Shown here in pieces: positions 39,492 to 51,958 of a stretch of DNA of 64,000 bases. Under the pieces are notes generated by a model, which did not search any database, was not told the DNA's origin, and saw only the letters and a program-made list of their open reading frames with translations. The stretch's first letter is position 1; each line of letters starts with the position of its first letter. The position numbers were made by a program, and so were the translations under genes. The stretch is from Takakia lepidozioides (taxonomy: Eukaryota; Plantae; Bryophyta). The stretch spans positions 55,056,001-55,120,000 of the forward strand of contig CM060734.1 in the NCBI GenBank assembly GCA_030704615.1. The letters run 5' to 3'.

Positions 39492-41870
39492 AGGAGCACC
39501 GCATTCCGAAGCAGGAGACACTACAGAAAGAGCTTCAAATTACAAGGCACAACAAGATGGATGGAGATGAATTGACAATCGAATCATCACTTGGTGTATA
39601 GTATAATTGACAAGATAGTTGTGACTATTGTTTCATCTCAAAATTAATATCAAATATCAAATGAATTCTCTAACTTTGGCCCTGATAATTTTCGTAGGAA
39701 TTTATGCAAGCATGTCAACTCATACTGGAGATGACTAGCATGAAGGAGCCATGGTTCTGGTTCTCTGTGACGAAGACGTATGGAACCTGTGGGAGGAGGT
39801 TTTCAAACAATGGGAACAAATGAAGCTTATTGATATTTTCAGGATTCAGTGCAAGGGTGAACCGCTACCGCTGAATAAAACCGCTATCGCGAAACTGCAA
39901 TGACTTAATAGCAGGCAGTTGAAAAGAGTGGTGGAGAAAATCCTAAACAGAGACATTTGCATTCGAGGAACGAAATTCAAGGGCGCGGACAAATCCAAAA
40001 ACACATTGAGTGCGTATATTGACCAAATGAAATTGCGACGGTTTATTATCGACGATGTAATGGAAGTCTTAGGGTGGCCTTGGAGGAGCAAACAGAACCC
40101 GGAACTGTATACCAAACAGGAGTGGCGTGATGTTAAAAAAAAATACAACTTGAACAAAGCTGAGTTTGAAACATTTCGAGATAGGCTCGGGAACGACTAC
40201 ATTGTTAGCAAACAGAAGATGAATATGGAGACGCAGCCAATGACTGATGCCTTCAAGAAGTATGTCTTGTCGTGCAAGCAGACCTTCGAGGATAACCAGA
40301 ATGCCCTGGCGATTCTACGCACGAGCTTCAGGTCCCATTACACACAGCTGAGGGGAAACCAGAAATTTGCTGATACCAGATCACGGTTGGGACTTGCACC
40401 AAAGAATCGGTTCGACGACATATCCATGGTGTTTGTCAATATAGTTTGTGATGATGACTCTGTTGTCTTTGAGGCAAAGGACTACTCAAATATCTTGGAT
40501 GCTTTTGTAGCTCGGAAGCTCATGTCTAGTGCTTTTGTGTTTTTCTCGACACAAGAATCATCGGGAAATCTTGTGTCATACATCCGGAATGGCCCTGGAT
40601 CAAAATCGTTTATTATCCGACAGGGTTATTACATTCCCGGCAAGTTTGAATCACCTTACAAGAGCTGCACGACTATTTTTCTCCCGGACGGTCCTGCCTC
40701 GACTACGTATTTCCGGCAACAACTGAGGAGATGGTGAATCCGGACGACCACATTCAAACTGTTTTGTTATCACCGGACCCAATCAATCCCGTTATCCAAG
40801 GACCAGATGTAGACCCGACCTTGCAGGAGACGGAGTGCAGGACTTACAATCATGACCTGAGGCCGGACACCTACGATTACCTGGTTTTTTTTTTTTGCAG
40901 GGACGGAATGTCTTGTGTGAACATTTTCGGAGGACTAGCAATGACATACATTCTGCTTGTAAGTGGATTCTGCATCATGGAATTGTTTGTGTTTTCAGTT
41001 TTCCCGGATTTAACTCTTGTATTGTTGACGTTGTCGGAATAGCGTGTTTAACCTGTGTCTGATTGTTTCCATTTTGTTAACCTCCACTGGGCAGTGGAGG
41101 TTCATGTTATTGGAGTTGTGGGTGTTTTGGGTGTTTGTTATTCTGCAGTTTGGTGTGTTTGGTAGTTGTCTCAAAAGAAAGCCTAACCCTTTCAATGTTT
41201 TTGATGGTTGGTGTTCGTCGGATTTATTTTGATATCATTGTTTGGTTTCATTGCAGGAAAAAAATATTCGTGTGCTCGACATAAACTTTGTAACGAAAAA
41301 GAAATTTTGTAGAAGCAAGGTGGAGGCCTATTTCAGGACCCTCCAGATTGACAATCAGACTATCGCAGGAGACGGATATGACGGAGACTCACTGCAGGAT
41401 GACGAAGTGGACGAAGAAGATGATGATGAAGGACACGACAAGGATTAGGACGAGGAAATGGAGGAGAAACTAGAAGAGGACGACGAGGAGGAGAAAGACG
41501 AAGATGAGAACATGGAAATCGTCAACGGAGACCAGGGGCAGATGCGGCTAACGTGGGAAAGGGAAAGAGAGGGCCAGGAAATTTCCCGGTTGGATAATCT
41601 AGGTAGTACTCCAAATACCCAAAAACGCGTTGCGCCACAAGATGTACACAATCTGGACAGCTCTTCCTCCAGTTCCGATAACACCACGAATAAGAATCCG
41701 GCTTCTCCAGGGGGACAAGAAGTGACATCGAGGGAGTTAGTTGAAACCCTCGGTCAAGGGTTCACACATGTGGAAGGTGACGAGCCATTGATTATGTCAC
41801 CGGATCCCGTTAACAATCGTAGTGAGCCGGTGTCCTAGAATGTCACCCAGGAAGTGGTTCTGGATGTAGG
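39492..41870 (+). pseudogene. Middle exons of a multi-exon transposon accessory gene (continues from 49812, minus strand)
   Basis: The frame reads ..FDLEE|HRIPKQETLQK across the TSD. GT-AG introns are present (e.g. 40959-41256). ORFs 39919..40737 and 40731..41042, then an acidic tail at 41257-41838. Confidence 0.65.
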
Positions 41871-41988
41871 TAACAAATGACAATTAGTGAATATTTATTC
41901 GTACACACTTTTGAATACAATATGACAATATTGTAATTATACATACTTGTGAGTGGAATAATCCGAATGTTTTTTCCATATGACAATA

Positions 41989-42978
41989 TGATTTATGCAG
42001 TCAAGAAATTCAGGCATTACCTATTGGGAAGAAAGTTTATGTTTTATGTGGATCACCAGGCTCTGATATATCTGGTGAACAAACCTTTGATAAGTGGAAG
42101 GATAACAAGGTGGTTAATAATCTTGCACGAGTTTGAGTTCGAAGTTGTTCACAAGCCTGGCCGTTTGCATCTTGTGGCAGATCATCTGTCACGCCTAACA
42201 ACAGGAGAGCCCGCCACAGGAGTAGACGACCAATTACCTGTTGCGAATTTATTTGCAATGGAGGTGCAGGGAAGTATAGATGAATGGTTAGATTGGCAGT
42301 GGCCAATCAGATACTACCTTACTCATGGTCAGTGCCCACCTAGTTATGGTAAGGAGCAGAGGAAGAGAATCGCTATCAAGGCTTTACCTTATACTATGGT
42401 AGGGGCAGAATGTATAAGCTAGGACCTGATGGAGTACTTAAACGATGCTTGTACCACCATGAAGTAAATAAAGTTTTGGAGGAAGTTCATAAAGGAGTGG
42501 CTGGAGGTCATTTTGGAGAAGAGACTACTAGTAGGAAGATACTACTTGCAGGTTACTGGTGGTCTACTTTGTTCAAAGATGTACACAAGAACCATTTCAG
42601 AAATGGGGACTAGACTTTGTTGGACCAATTAACCCACCAGCCAAGAATACACAGAACAAGTACATAATTACAGCCACTGATTATACGACGAAGTGGGTGG
42701 AAGCTAAAGCTCTGAGGAACAACACAGCCAAGTCTACAACAAGGTTCATGTATGAGAACATACTTACACGATTTGGCTATCCCCTGGAATTTATCAGTGA
42801 CCAGGGAAGTCACTTCATTAATGAGACCATTGAACTATTGACTAAAGAGTTCATGATTGTGCATATGAAGAGTACAACATATTACCCACAGGCCAGGGCT
42901 CGTACACACAGTCCGCCACGAAACTCTCAACGTCAAAAAGGTGCTCACTCACAAAGGTTTGCTAGTCGAAATCAGTAA
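41989..42978 (+). pseudogene. Family A RH/INT fragment with internal deletions, fused to the last codons of the extra ORF
   Basis: [30 protein letters not shown], then YYPQ|[11 protein letters not shown] at about 42893. Confidence 0.85.
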
Positions 42979-43016
42979 ACCGTGAGGACACGGCTTTTTG
43001 AGGGGGGAAGAGGTAA

Positions 43017-43890
43017 TGTTAGAGGACTGTCGGGGACTTAGACACTTATACGGGATCTGTAGGGTACCCTTAATTTTTGCACAGACTGAGACCAACAGGA
43101 GCCTTAGGGGTGACAGCAGCGCACTATAGAGGGGGGTTACACAGCCCGTCACAGCCGACACAGCCCGTCACAGTCGTCACAGTCGACACAGCCCGGCACA
43201 GCCACACAGCCAGTCACAGCCCGTCACAGTTTCACACAGCCAGTCACAGCTTGACACAGCTGTCACGATCATAGGGAACGAAGAGTAGGACATGGAACGA
43301 CTGTGGGGAACAACACCTGCGAAGGGAACATGTTAGTTCACAGACGACGGTTAGTGAGGGAAACGGTTAGAACCACGGATAGGAAGATAAAGGGAGAAAC
43401 GGGGAATTGAGGGATATCATTCGGAGGAGGACTTCTTGGTCATTGAGGAGAGGGGATCGGGCAGAGATGAAGAACGGAAGTGAAGATAGAGAGATGATGA
43501 GTAGATGCTTGATATATGCAAGGCTGTAATGATATTGTAGAGCAGATTAGAGACACAATGGCTTCGGCCTGATACCTGATAAATCATAATCGGATACTTT
43601 TACGATACAATCACACTGTGTAGAGAGATCTGAGTGAAGCTGTGGAATGAATGGATGAGTTGATGGAATCCAATAGATTGATAAAGCAAACTGATACTTA
43701 ATTATCAATGGTAAGATAGCTAACATGAATACCAAAAGGGAAACAAATAGGAAACACCCCCATGATACACTAGCTGTAGGTCATGACTGATTGTTCTGCG
43801 CGGGCTGAGTACTTAGAGATTTCCAACTCTTCAATCTTGGAGTTTCCGCCACGAATAGCAAAGGGATGGGTGAGTAAAAGCCGCGCGACA
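43017..43890 (+). repeat. Family A 3' LTR of copy A3
   Basis: PPT at 43000-43013; TG..GCGCGACA; TSD AACAC follows. Confidence 0.93.
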
Positions 43891-46800
43891 AACACCGCTC
43901 CCAACGCTTCTCCTGATGCATCGCAGTGAACATGAAATACTACATGCCAGTGAGGGTTAATCAGCACAAGTGTAGTTGTTACTGACAGTGTAAGTTCCTC
44001 AAACGCCTGTTGACATTCAGCTGTCCAGGCAAACACTGCATCTTTCTTCAGTAGTTTGCTCAATGGTGCTGCTATTTGTGCATACCTTTTGACAAATCTT
44101 CTGTAATAACTGATTTGCCCAAGGAATCTCCTTAGACTTTTAACATTCACTGGTGGTGGAGAGGCTTTAATGGACTCTGTCTTTCTGGGATCCACAAGGA
44201 GTCCCTTCTTACACACAATGTGTCCCAGAAGCACCCCTGAGTTCACACAGAAAGTACACTTCTCTGGATTCAGGCCCAGACCTCTCATCCTGCATCTGGC
44301 CAAACATAACTCCAATTTATGCAAGTGCTCATTCTTAGAGCTGTACACACTGAAATCATCCAAGAATACCTGCATGAAATCATCCAGATACTCATGAAAA
44401 GATTCACTTATCACTCTCTGAAAGGTCGCTGGTGCATTACAAAGTCCAAAGGGCATGACTTTGTATGCATAAGCCCCCCAGTCTGTGATGAAAGCTGTTT
44501 TCCCTTGGTCTTCTTCTGCCACTTGCACTTGATTATAACCACTGAACCCATCCATGAATGAGTACATCTCATGGCCTGCCACAGTGTCTAATACTGCTTC
44601 TGTGAATGGCAAAGGGAAAGGATCTTTCTTCGTACAAGCATTCAGCTTCTTATAGTTCACACATACTCTTAGTTTGCCATTCTTCTTGGGAACTATAACA
44701 ATGGGTGACAACCAAGTTGTATACTCTATTGGGTATATAAACTTAGCCTCAGCCAACTTCTTTATCTCTTCTCCAACCTTCTGTGCGTAGTTGGGATTCA
44801 TTCTATACCTCGCCTGCTTGATTGGTACTGACCCTGGTTCCAGTTCAATCTTATGCTGACAGACTTCAGGTGGTATCCCTTTTAGATCCTCATAGCTCCA
44901 AGCAAATACATCTCTGTATTTGATGAACAAGCTTTTAGCTTCGAAGAATTCGGCTCCAAATCAGCTCCTACTTTCACCATCCTCGGTTCCTCTTTAGTTC
45001 CCACATTTACTTCCCTCACCTGCTCATCAGCTGTGATTGTCCAACCAGTCACCACTTCATCCTGTAAGCTCACAGTGGCTGGTTCTTCTAGGATTTCTAT
45101 TTCTCTTCTCTTTCTTCATAGAAATGTGATGGGTAAATGCTGGTTTCCTCTTCAGTTGGTGTTGCTGTCACTACACCACAGCAGATACCTCTCAAACAAC
45201 TTAGGCTTTCAGCCGCATCTCTGCAACCTGCTCCCACTCTGGGTGTGCAGCAAATAGGGTAGCTTCCTGCTCCTCATCCAGTCCTCCTTTCCAGTCATAC
45301 TCTCTGACTCCTCGAGGTCTTCTTCGTAGCAGGTAATCTACTAGATTTCTTTGTGGTAATTTGTATCTGTGTATCCCATTATGCACGGTTAGTAACTGAG
45401 AATTCCAGTCATGGAATACCCTGGCCTGTTTCAGCCACGGCCGTCCCAATAATAAGGAGTAAGCCTCCATGACTTCATCCATTTTCAACACAGTTACTGT
45501 GATCATAAAGATCATCTTCTGTATCTGTATCTTAACTCCTCTTATCAATCCCAATGGCTGTACACTTCTTTGATCTGCCATTGTTACTGTAAATGGGGCT
45601 GGTTTCATGTTACTTAGACCAAGCTTCTTCCTTAATTGGTCTGTCATGATATTTACTCCAGAACCTCCATCTATCAGTACATCAGTTAGTTCTGTGCTTC
45701 CAATTCTCAATTGGATTACTGGCATAGAATCATCAAAGTCCATGACTGTTTCTCGCCCTTCCGGCTTCACATTATAACTGGTCACCTTGTTCAGGTCTGT
45801 GTTTCCTGTCTCCTGGGCAATTCGATTGATTGCTTGATACAGCCTGTGCCTACAATAAGGTGCCACAGCTAATAGCTGTCCAATGGTAATTTCTGCTTTG
45901 GTCTGGCATATTACTTCAGCCAAAGTCTCTTCATTACTTTGCATGTCTGCCTCTTCTTTCTTCCTTTCTTCCTCACTCCCTTCTTCTTCTCCATCAGAAT
46001 CAGAGGAATCTGCCACAGGAATATCAGTACTCTTTGCATTTCCCTTATAGTATCTGCCACTTCCTTGTGCAGTTCCTTCTCATCTTTCCAAGTCTCTTCA
46101 TCTTCAGGCATATCATTGCCACCTTCATTATCATCTCTTCCTCTACTACTGGAGGTATTAGTTTGGCTTTACTTCTTGTTACTATCATTGTACTTACTTC
46201 TGGTACAACACATGGCCTAACCATGTGAGCTGCCACCACTGGGCCCTCATTCACAGGAGCTCTCATCTCATTCTGGTGTCTTATCCAGAATGAACAGGCT
46301 GCCTTGCGATGTCCTGGCTGATTACAATAGTAACATAGTTCTTCACCATTGGGTCCTCGCCCTTGGTCTGTTCTTGGATTATTTCTATAATCCTGATTCC
46401 CGGGCTGGTAATTCCCCCTTGGATTACCCTGATAGTTGCCTCTGGAATTTCCTTGGTAATTCCCTCTTGAATTACCTCTCCCTTCCATGCCATTGTTATA
46501 ACCACCAGACCTACCATAGTGTCCTGATCATTGTTTCTTCTTGGCTGGGGCTGCACCTGATGCACCCTTACTTGCCTAGGTTCTCTTGCAGCTGTCCTTC
46601 TGTTGTAGTAACAATTCTCAGTAGAATGGTTATCCATTTTACAGATAGTACAGTGTTTCTCCTTCATGTGGCATTCTGTGGTGGTATGGCCTTCATTCTG
46701 GCACTTTGCACACCATACACCTTCCTCCAATGTGTTGCAGCCTCTGTGGCATACTTCTTCAAGATTTCTTCCAATCTTTTCATAGTTATCCCTCTTCAAC

Positions 46801-48797
46801 TTCTCCTTTCTCTTACTCTTTCTTTTTAGTTCTTGCTCTTCTTCTTCATCTGACTCATCCTCAGAGTCCTCATCTTCTTTTTTCTCTCTCCTGAGCATTC
46901 CCAATTGCTCAATTCTGTTCGCAGTTTCAAATGCCTCCTCCACTGTATTATGGGGTAACATATCCACTTTCTTTTGCAACTCTGGTCTTAGTCCACTCAC
47001 AAACCAAGTCTTCTGTAAACCGGTGCTGGTACTGCAGCCAGCTTTTTCATCATCAATTCCATCTTCTCCATATACTCTTCAACAGTTTCATGCTTCTTCT
47101 GCTTCAGCTGTTGTAAACTTCCATACACTTCATCCTCAGTTTTACTTGTCCTGAACCTATTTCGAAATGCTGTATTCAAGCCATTCCAGGTTAGGAAATG
47201 ATTATCAGGGAATCTTGCATACCATTCACTTGCTTTCTTGATAAGTGAACAAGGAAACAGTCTCATCTTGGCATCATCGCCATTCTCATTGTTCACTATA
47301 CACATGTGCTCAAATTGGCTAATGTGTACATCGGGATCCCCTTTTCCTGAATATATTGGAAAGGTGGTTTTGCCCGTGTTGGTTGTAACGCCATCTGTGG
47401 CCCTACCTTCTGCCCACTGACAGGTGCTGGCACCCTTGCTGGTGCTGGTCCTCTGGACCTGTTGTTTTTTGTGGTGGATCTTCCACCAAGTGGTGGCCCT
47501 TGAGCACTCCCTGCTTCTGGCCCCACGATATTCACAGTATTCCCAGCTTCAGTTGCACTACTTCCCACACTCCTGTCCCCCCAGAGCCAGATCCAGGCAG
47601 CCCGCCTGATCCCCCTGAGCCGACACCTTCGTTGGCCTGTGATCCAAGTGCTCCACTTGATCCAGGTCCAACGGGTTGGGATGTCCTGGTTGTAGTCTCA
47701 ACCTCAGCTGTTGGGTCTACTTCTTCATATCTTCCTCTTCCAATTTCTTCTCTCTGTTTTCATCCTCCAAGTTCTGCCCTTGGGTTTCTTCTTCACTCAT
47801 GTAACTCAACTGTAATGGTGTTGGAGAGTCTGAACTCTCCGTTGGCTCTGCCACATCCTCTTCTCCTTCTTCACCTTCTGCTTCAGAAACTGGAGTTCCT
47901 GCTTTTGGTGTTCCATGCCAACTCTTATCAAAGATTTCTGTCAAATCTTTTATCCAGGATGTACCTCAGATCTTTCACCTCGTGATTGATCTTCTTCCTG
48001 TACCAATTCCCTTAATCTTTCTTGCAAAGAAAGAAGGAGTGGCATCCAACTCCATTCTTGCCCTATGTCTATTCCTCTCTCCCCTTAATGGTTTGAGAGG
48101 TCCAGATGATTCCCCTATGTCTTTCCCTCTCCTTTCAGATGCTTTCTCTTTTTGCTGACATCTCTGGCGTCTAGCTTCTCTTTCATCACTCATGTCCCAT
48201 GTCTTTCTTTTAATGTGGCAATAACCAAAACTCTCTTCTGTAATATCTCTCGTATATGCCTGGGTTTCCTTTCAAGCTTCAATGCACCCTTGGCTATACT
48301 TGAAGTCTCCGTTACCATATAATCATATGCAAACAGTCTGAAAGCTGTTCTTGGGTGAGTTTGATGATCCACAAAATATCCTTTTGAATCCAATTCTTTA
48401 CCAGTACAAGCTCTTCATGCATATGAGTATAAACATTCACCTTTCTTTCCTCCCAGCCTTCAAACTCTACTCGCTTAATGGATAGCAATGCTATCACATA
48501 ACTAGTGTTGGTACCAATGTGTGCTCTTCCTCTACAGGCTACCTGATAAATCTTTATCACTCCTTTCTCCCTACCCCATTCCCGGATCAGCATCATGCAC
48601 TCGCTTAAGAATATTTTCTTTACAAACCGTCTGGCAATTCCAAGAACCTTTGAAAGAATTGTTTGGACAATCTTTCTTCCTTCGTTCCACAGGGAATTTG
48701 ATTCACTTCAAATTCTTTAATGGTCCAACCACCATGATCCCACCAGATGCCTGTCACATCTGGTTGTTCATTACTTAGTTCCCCAGTATGGTCGCCA
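43891..48797 (-). mobile_element. Family A copy A2 5' internal region: PBS, gag, PR, RT and start of RH
   Basis: PBS TGGCGACCATACTGGGG at 48781-48797 (tRNA-Arg-like). ORF 43770..44930 contains FMQVFLDDFSVY. Near-identical to about 26606-31548. Confidence 0.93.
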
Positions 48798-48799
48798 AA

Positions 48800-49811
48800 T
48801 GTCGCACGCTTTTTACTCACCCATCCCTTCGCTATCCGAGCGGAAACTCCAAGATAGAAGAGTTGGAAATCTCTAAGTACTCAGCCGCGCGCAGAACAAT
48901 CAGTCATGACCTACAGCTAGTGTATCATGGGGTGTTTCCTATTTGTTTCTCTTTTGGCATTCATGTTAGCTATCTTACCATTGATAATTAAGTATCAGTT
49001 GCTTTATCAATCTATTGGATTCCATCAACTCATCCCTTTCATTCCACAGCTTCACTCAATCTCTCTACACAGTGTGATTGTATCGTAAAGTATCCGATTA
49101 TGATTTATCAGGTATCAGGCCGAAGCCATTGTGTCTCTAATCTGCTCTACAATATCATTACAGCCTTGCATATATCAAGCATCTACTCATCATCTCTCTA
49201 TCTTCACTTCCGTTCTTCATATCTGCCCGATCCCTCTCCTCCATGACCAAGAAGTCCTCCTCCGAATGATATCCCCCCCAAATTCCCCGCTTCTCCCTTT
49301 ACCTTCCTACCCGTGGTTCTAACCGTTTCCCTCACTAACCGTCGTCTGTGAACTAACATGTTCCCTTCGCAGGTGTTGTTTTCCCACAGTCGTTCCCTGT
49401 CCCTGCTCTCTCCGTTCCTATGATCGTGACAGCTATATCAAGCTGTGACTGGCTGTGCGACTGTGTTTGGCTGTGTCGGGCTGTGAGTGGTTGTGTGGCT
49501 GTGTCGGGCTGTGTCGGCTGTGATGGCTTTGTCGGCTGTGACGACTCTGACGGGCTGTGTTGGCTGTGTCGGCTGTGTCTGCTGTGACGACTGTGACGGG
49601 CTGTGTTGGCTGTGTCGGGCTGTGACTGGCTGTGTGGCTGTGTCGGCTGTGCCGGGCTGTGTCGGCTGTGACGACTGTGACGGGCTGTGTAACCCCCTCT
49701 ACAGTGCGCTGCTGTCACCCCTAGGCTCCCTGTTGGTCTCAGTCTATGCAAAAATTAAGGGTACCCTACAGATCCCGTATAAGTGTCTAAGTCCCCGACA
49801 TTCCTCTAAGA
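48800..49811 (-). repeat. Family A 5' LTR of copy A2
   Basis: Reverse-complement LTR adjacent to the PBS, with TG mutated to TC. CACAG array at about 49440-49690. Confidence 0.92.
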
Positions 49812-51540
49812 CTCCTCCAAGTCAAATTTGTTCAATTTGTTCATGTTCTCCACCAGGAACAGTTCCAAGAGTGTACCTAGAAAATCCTTGAAAACCCAAT
49901 GAGCATGAAAAGTTTTGGAAGCGTTCTCCGCAACATCACGTTTTCATGATCATATGATGTTTCAAGTATTTTTTGCGGCACATTTGCGGAACTGTAACAG
50001 GTGGAGAACATAAATAGATTGGGAAAATAAGAGCTGGACAAGCACCTCATTACCAAACAAGACACATTACAAAAGACCCCATTATGTCGAATTTCCGAAT
50101 GCTGAACCATCCCGCTCGTTCATTGTAGCACCCTCCCTTATGAAGTTATTTTTGTAGTGTCTCCTGCTTCGTAATGCGGTCTCCGTTCGTCACATTAAAT
50201 CCGAGCTTGAAAATATTTTGGTTCTCTAGCAAAAGGAACGGAAAACACAATGAATCATTTACCTTCCATTGTCTAGTCTCCGACTTCGTTGTGTGATCGT
50301 TGTACTTTTTCGGCCTCCCCCTCAGCTCGAAGAAATTTCGGGCATGTACAACTTTCTCGGCAAATGTTGTGTCAAATTTCTGCACCTTATTCGGTTCGTT
50401 TATGAGCTTAGATAGCTTCACGAGCCTCATCAGATCCTTTGACCATATAATCTTTGAGGGCCAGTCAGTGTAGTACTTCTTAAGACTGTCGTCGTCTACG
50501 TCTTGCACAAGTTCCTGCGACAGAATTGAATAAGGTCATAAATGATATCGACCTAACAAGCATGTTGTTTAAGTTCATGAACCTCCACTGTCCAGTGGAG
50601 GTTTATGTTGTTACAAAAATTGGATTTTGTAGGGAAATTTACCTTGGCAGCAATGATCGTGTGTTGTCCACCGATGACGAAGAATCTGGAATTTTCCATC
50701 TCCTTCCAGTTTCGAGGTTTCGAACTAGAAACCTCCATAGGCTTCTCGGGGTTTGCGGGAATCAAATGAATTGGATGTTTGGAGTCGAACACCCGGAGCT
50801 GGTAAAGACGCGCTTTGACTTCATCTTTGTGCTTCACATTTAGGGGCCTGTACACCATATCCTTGGGAGCAAGCTCCATCATGGAAACTTTGACGTCTTG
50901 GGTCGCCTCAAACCCAAAAGGAAACATGTCCTTATAGTCTTGCTCCAGCCTCTCCAACATCTTCTCACACTTGTCTTTGTCGAATATGTCTGCAGCTTTG
51001 GGTTTCTTGGTATCTGTCATGAACGCAGGATCCATCTCCTTCTTTTGTTTCTTCTTTCCCCCTGATGTACCGGCTTCATTGTCATCACCACCGGCGTCAA
51101 TGGATTTCCATTTTCCCTTCTTTGGCTTCACTCTTGCAGCCTCCTCCTCCCGCGTCTTTGCAATCTCCTTACCCTTTAAGTAAAGCACATCCAAGAAAAT
51201 ACCCCAAGCCATGCAAAAACCTTCATCTGTAAATTGAGTACCCTCGTCGCAATATGTGAACCCCGCCCGAATGGACTCTCTCATCATGGCCTTCCTTAGA
51301 ATTCATACCTCCAGTTTGAAGCCAAACGTTCTGGGAAATCTACCATCTTCCATCATGAACATTACCAACATCGGAAATTCCACATCCATCTCCAGCTCTA
51401 CGTCGACCACATGTGCATATTTGAGCTCGGCGACCTCTGCACCAATCTTGTATTGGAACCGGAACTTATGGTCCGGAGGTGTGCCAACGGGTACAATGCC
51501 CCATTCTGTGATCTCCGGGTTCAACTCAAAATTTGCCAGG
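49812..51540 (-). pseudogene. 5' exons of the accessory gene with a ParB/Sulfiredoxin-like motif
   Basis: YRPLNVKHKDEV..FFVIGGQHTIIAAK|ELVQ across a GT-AG intron (about 50516-50642). There is an in-frame stop at 51303-51305. Confidence 0.6.
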
Positions 51541-51958
51541 TGATCATTCTTGAAATTCGGAGATTTTTGAGAAACAAATGAACCACAGATAGGTTTGCAC
51601 ATTCCAACAATACAATCCCTCGAGGTAATGTTGCTGTCTACAGAACAAACCACCTTGGTCCTCAGACACATATCATGACAACCATACAAGATTCCCAGGA
51701 CAGTAACCTCCACTGTCCAGTGGAGGTTCAACAATTCATACACTCATAGCTGACAGATAAAAGAGTTCAATTCAGGAGGAAAAAACGATTTCACTTATAA
51801 GAAGAATAATACATTTATTCAGAGAAGGATCGTCTCGCCATTCCATACATCATGCGGTCTCAAAAATTGTTCCTATAACGAATATATAATTTCTACAAGA
51901 AATCGATATTCTTTTGTAAGATGAGTTTCATCTTTTCATTTTCTTGTATCTACAATAA

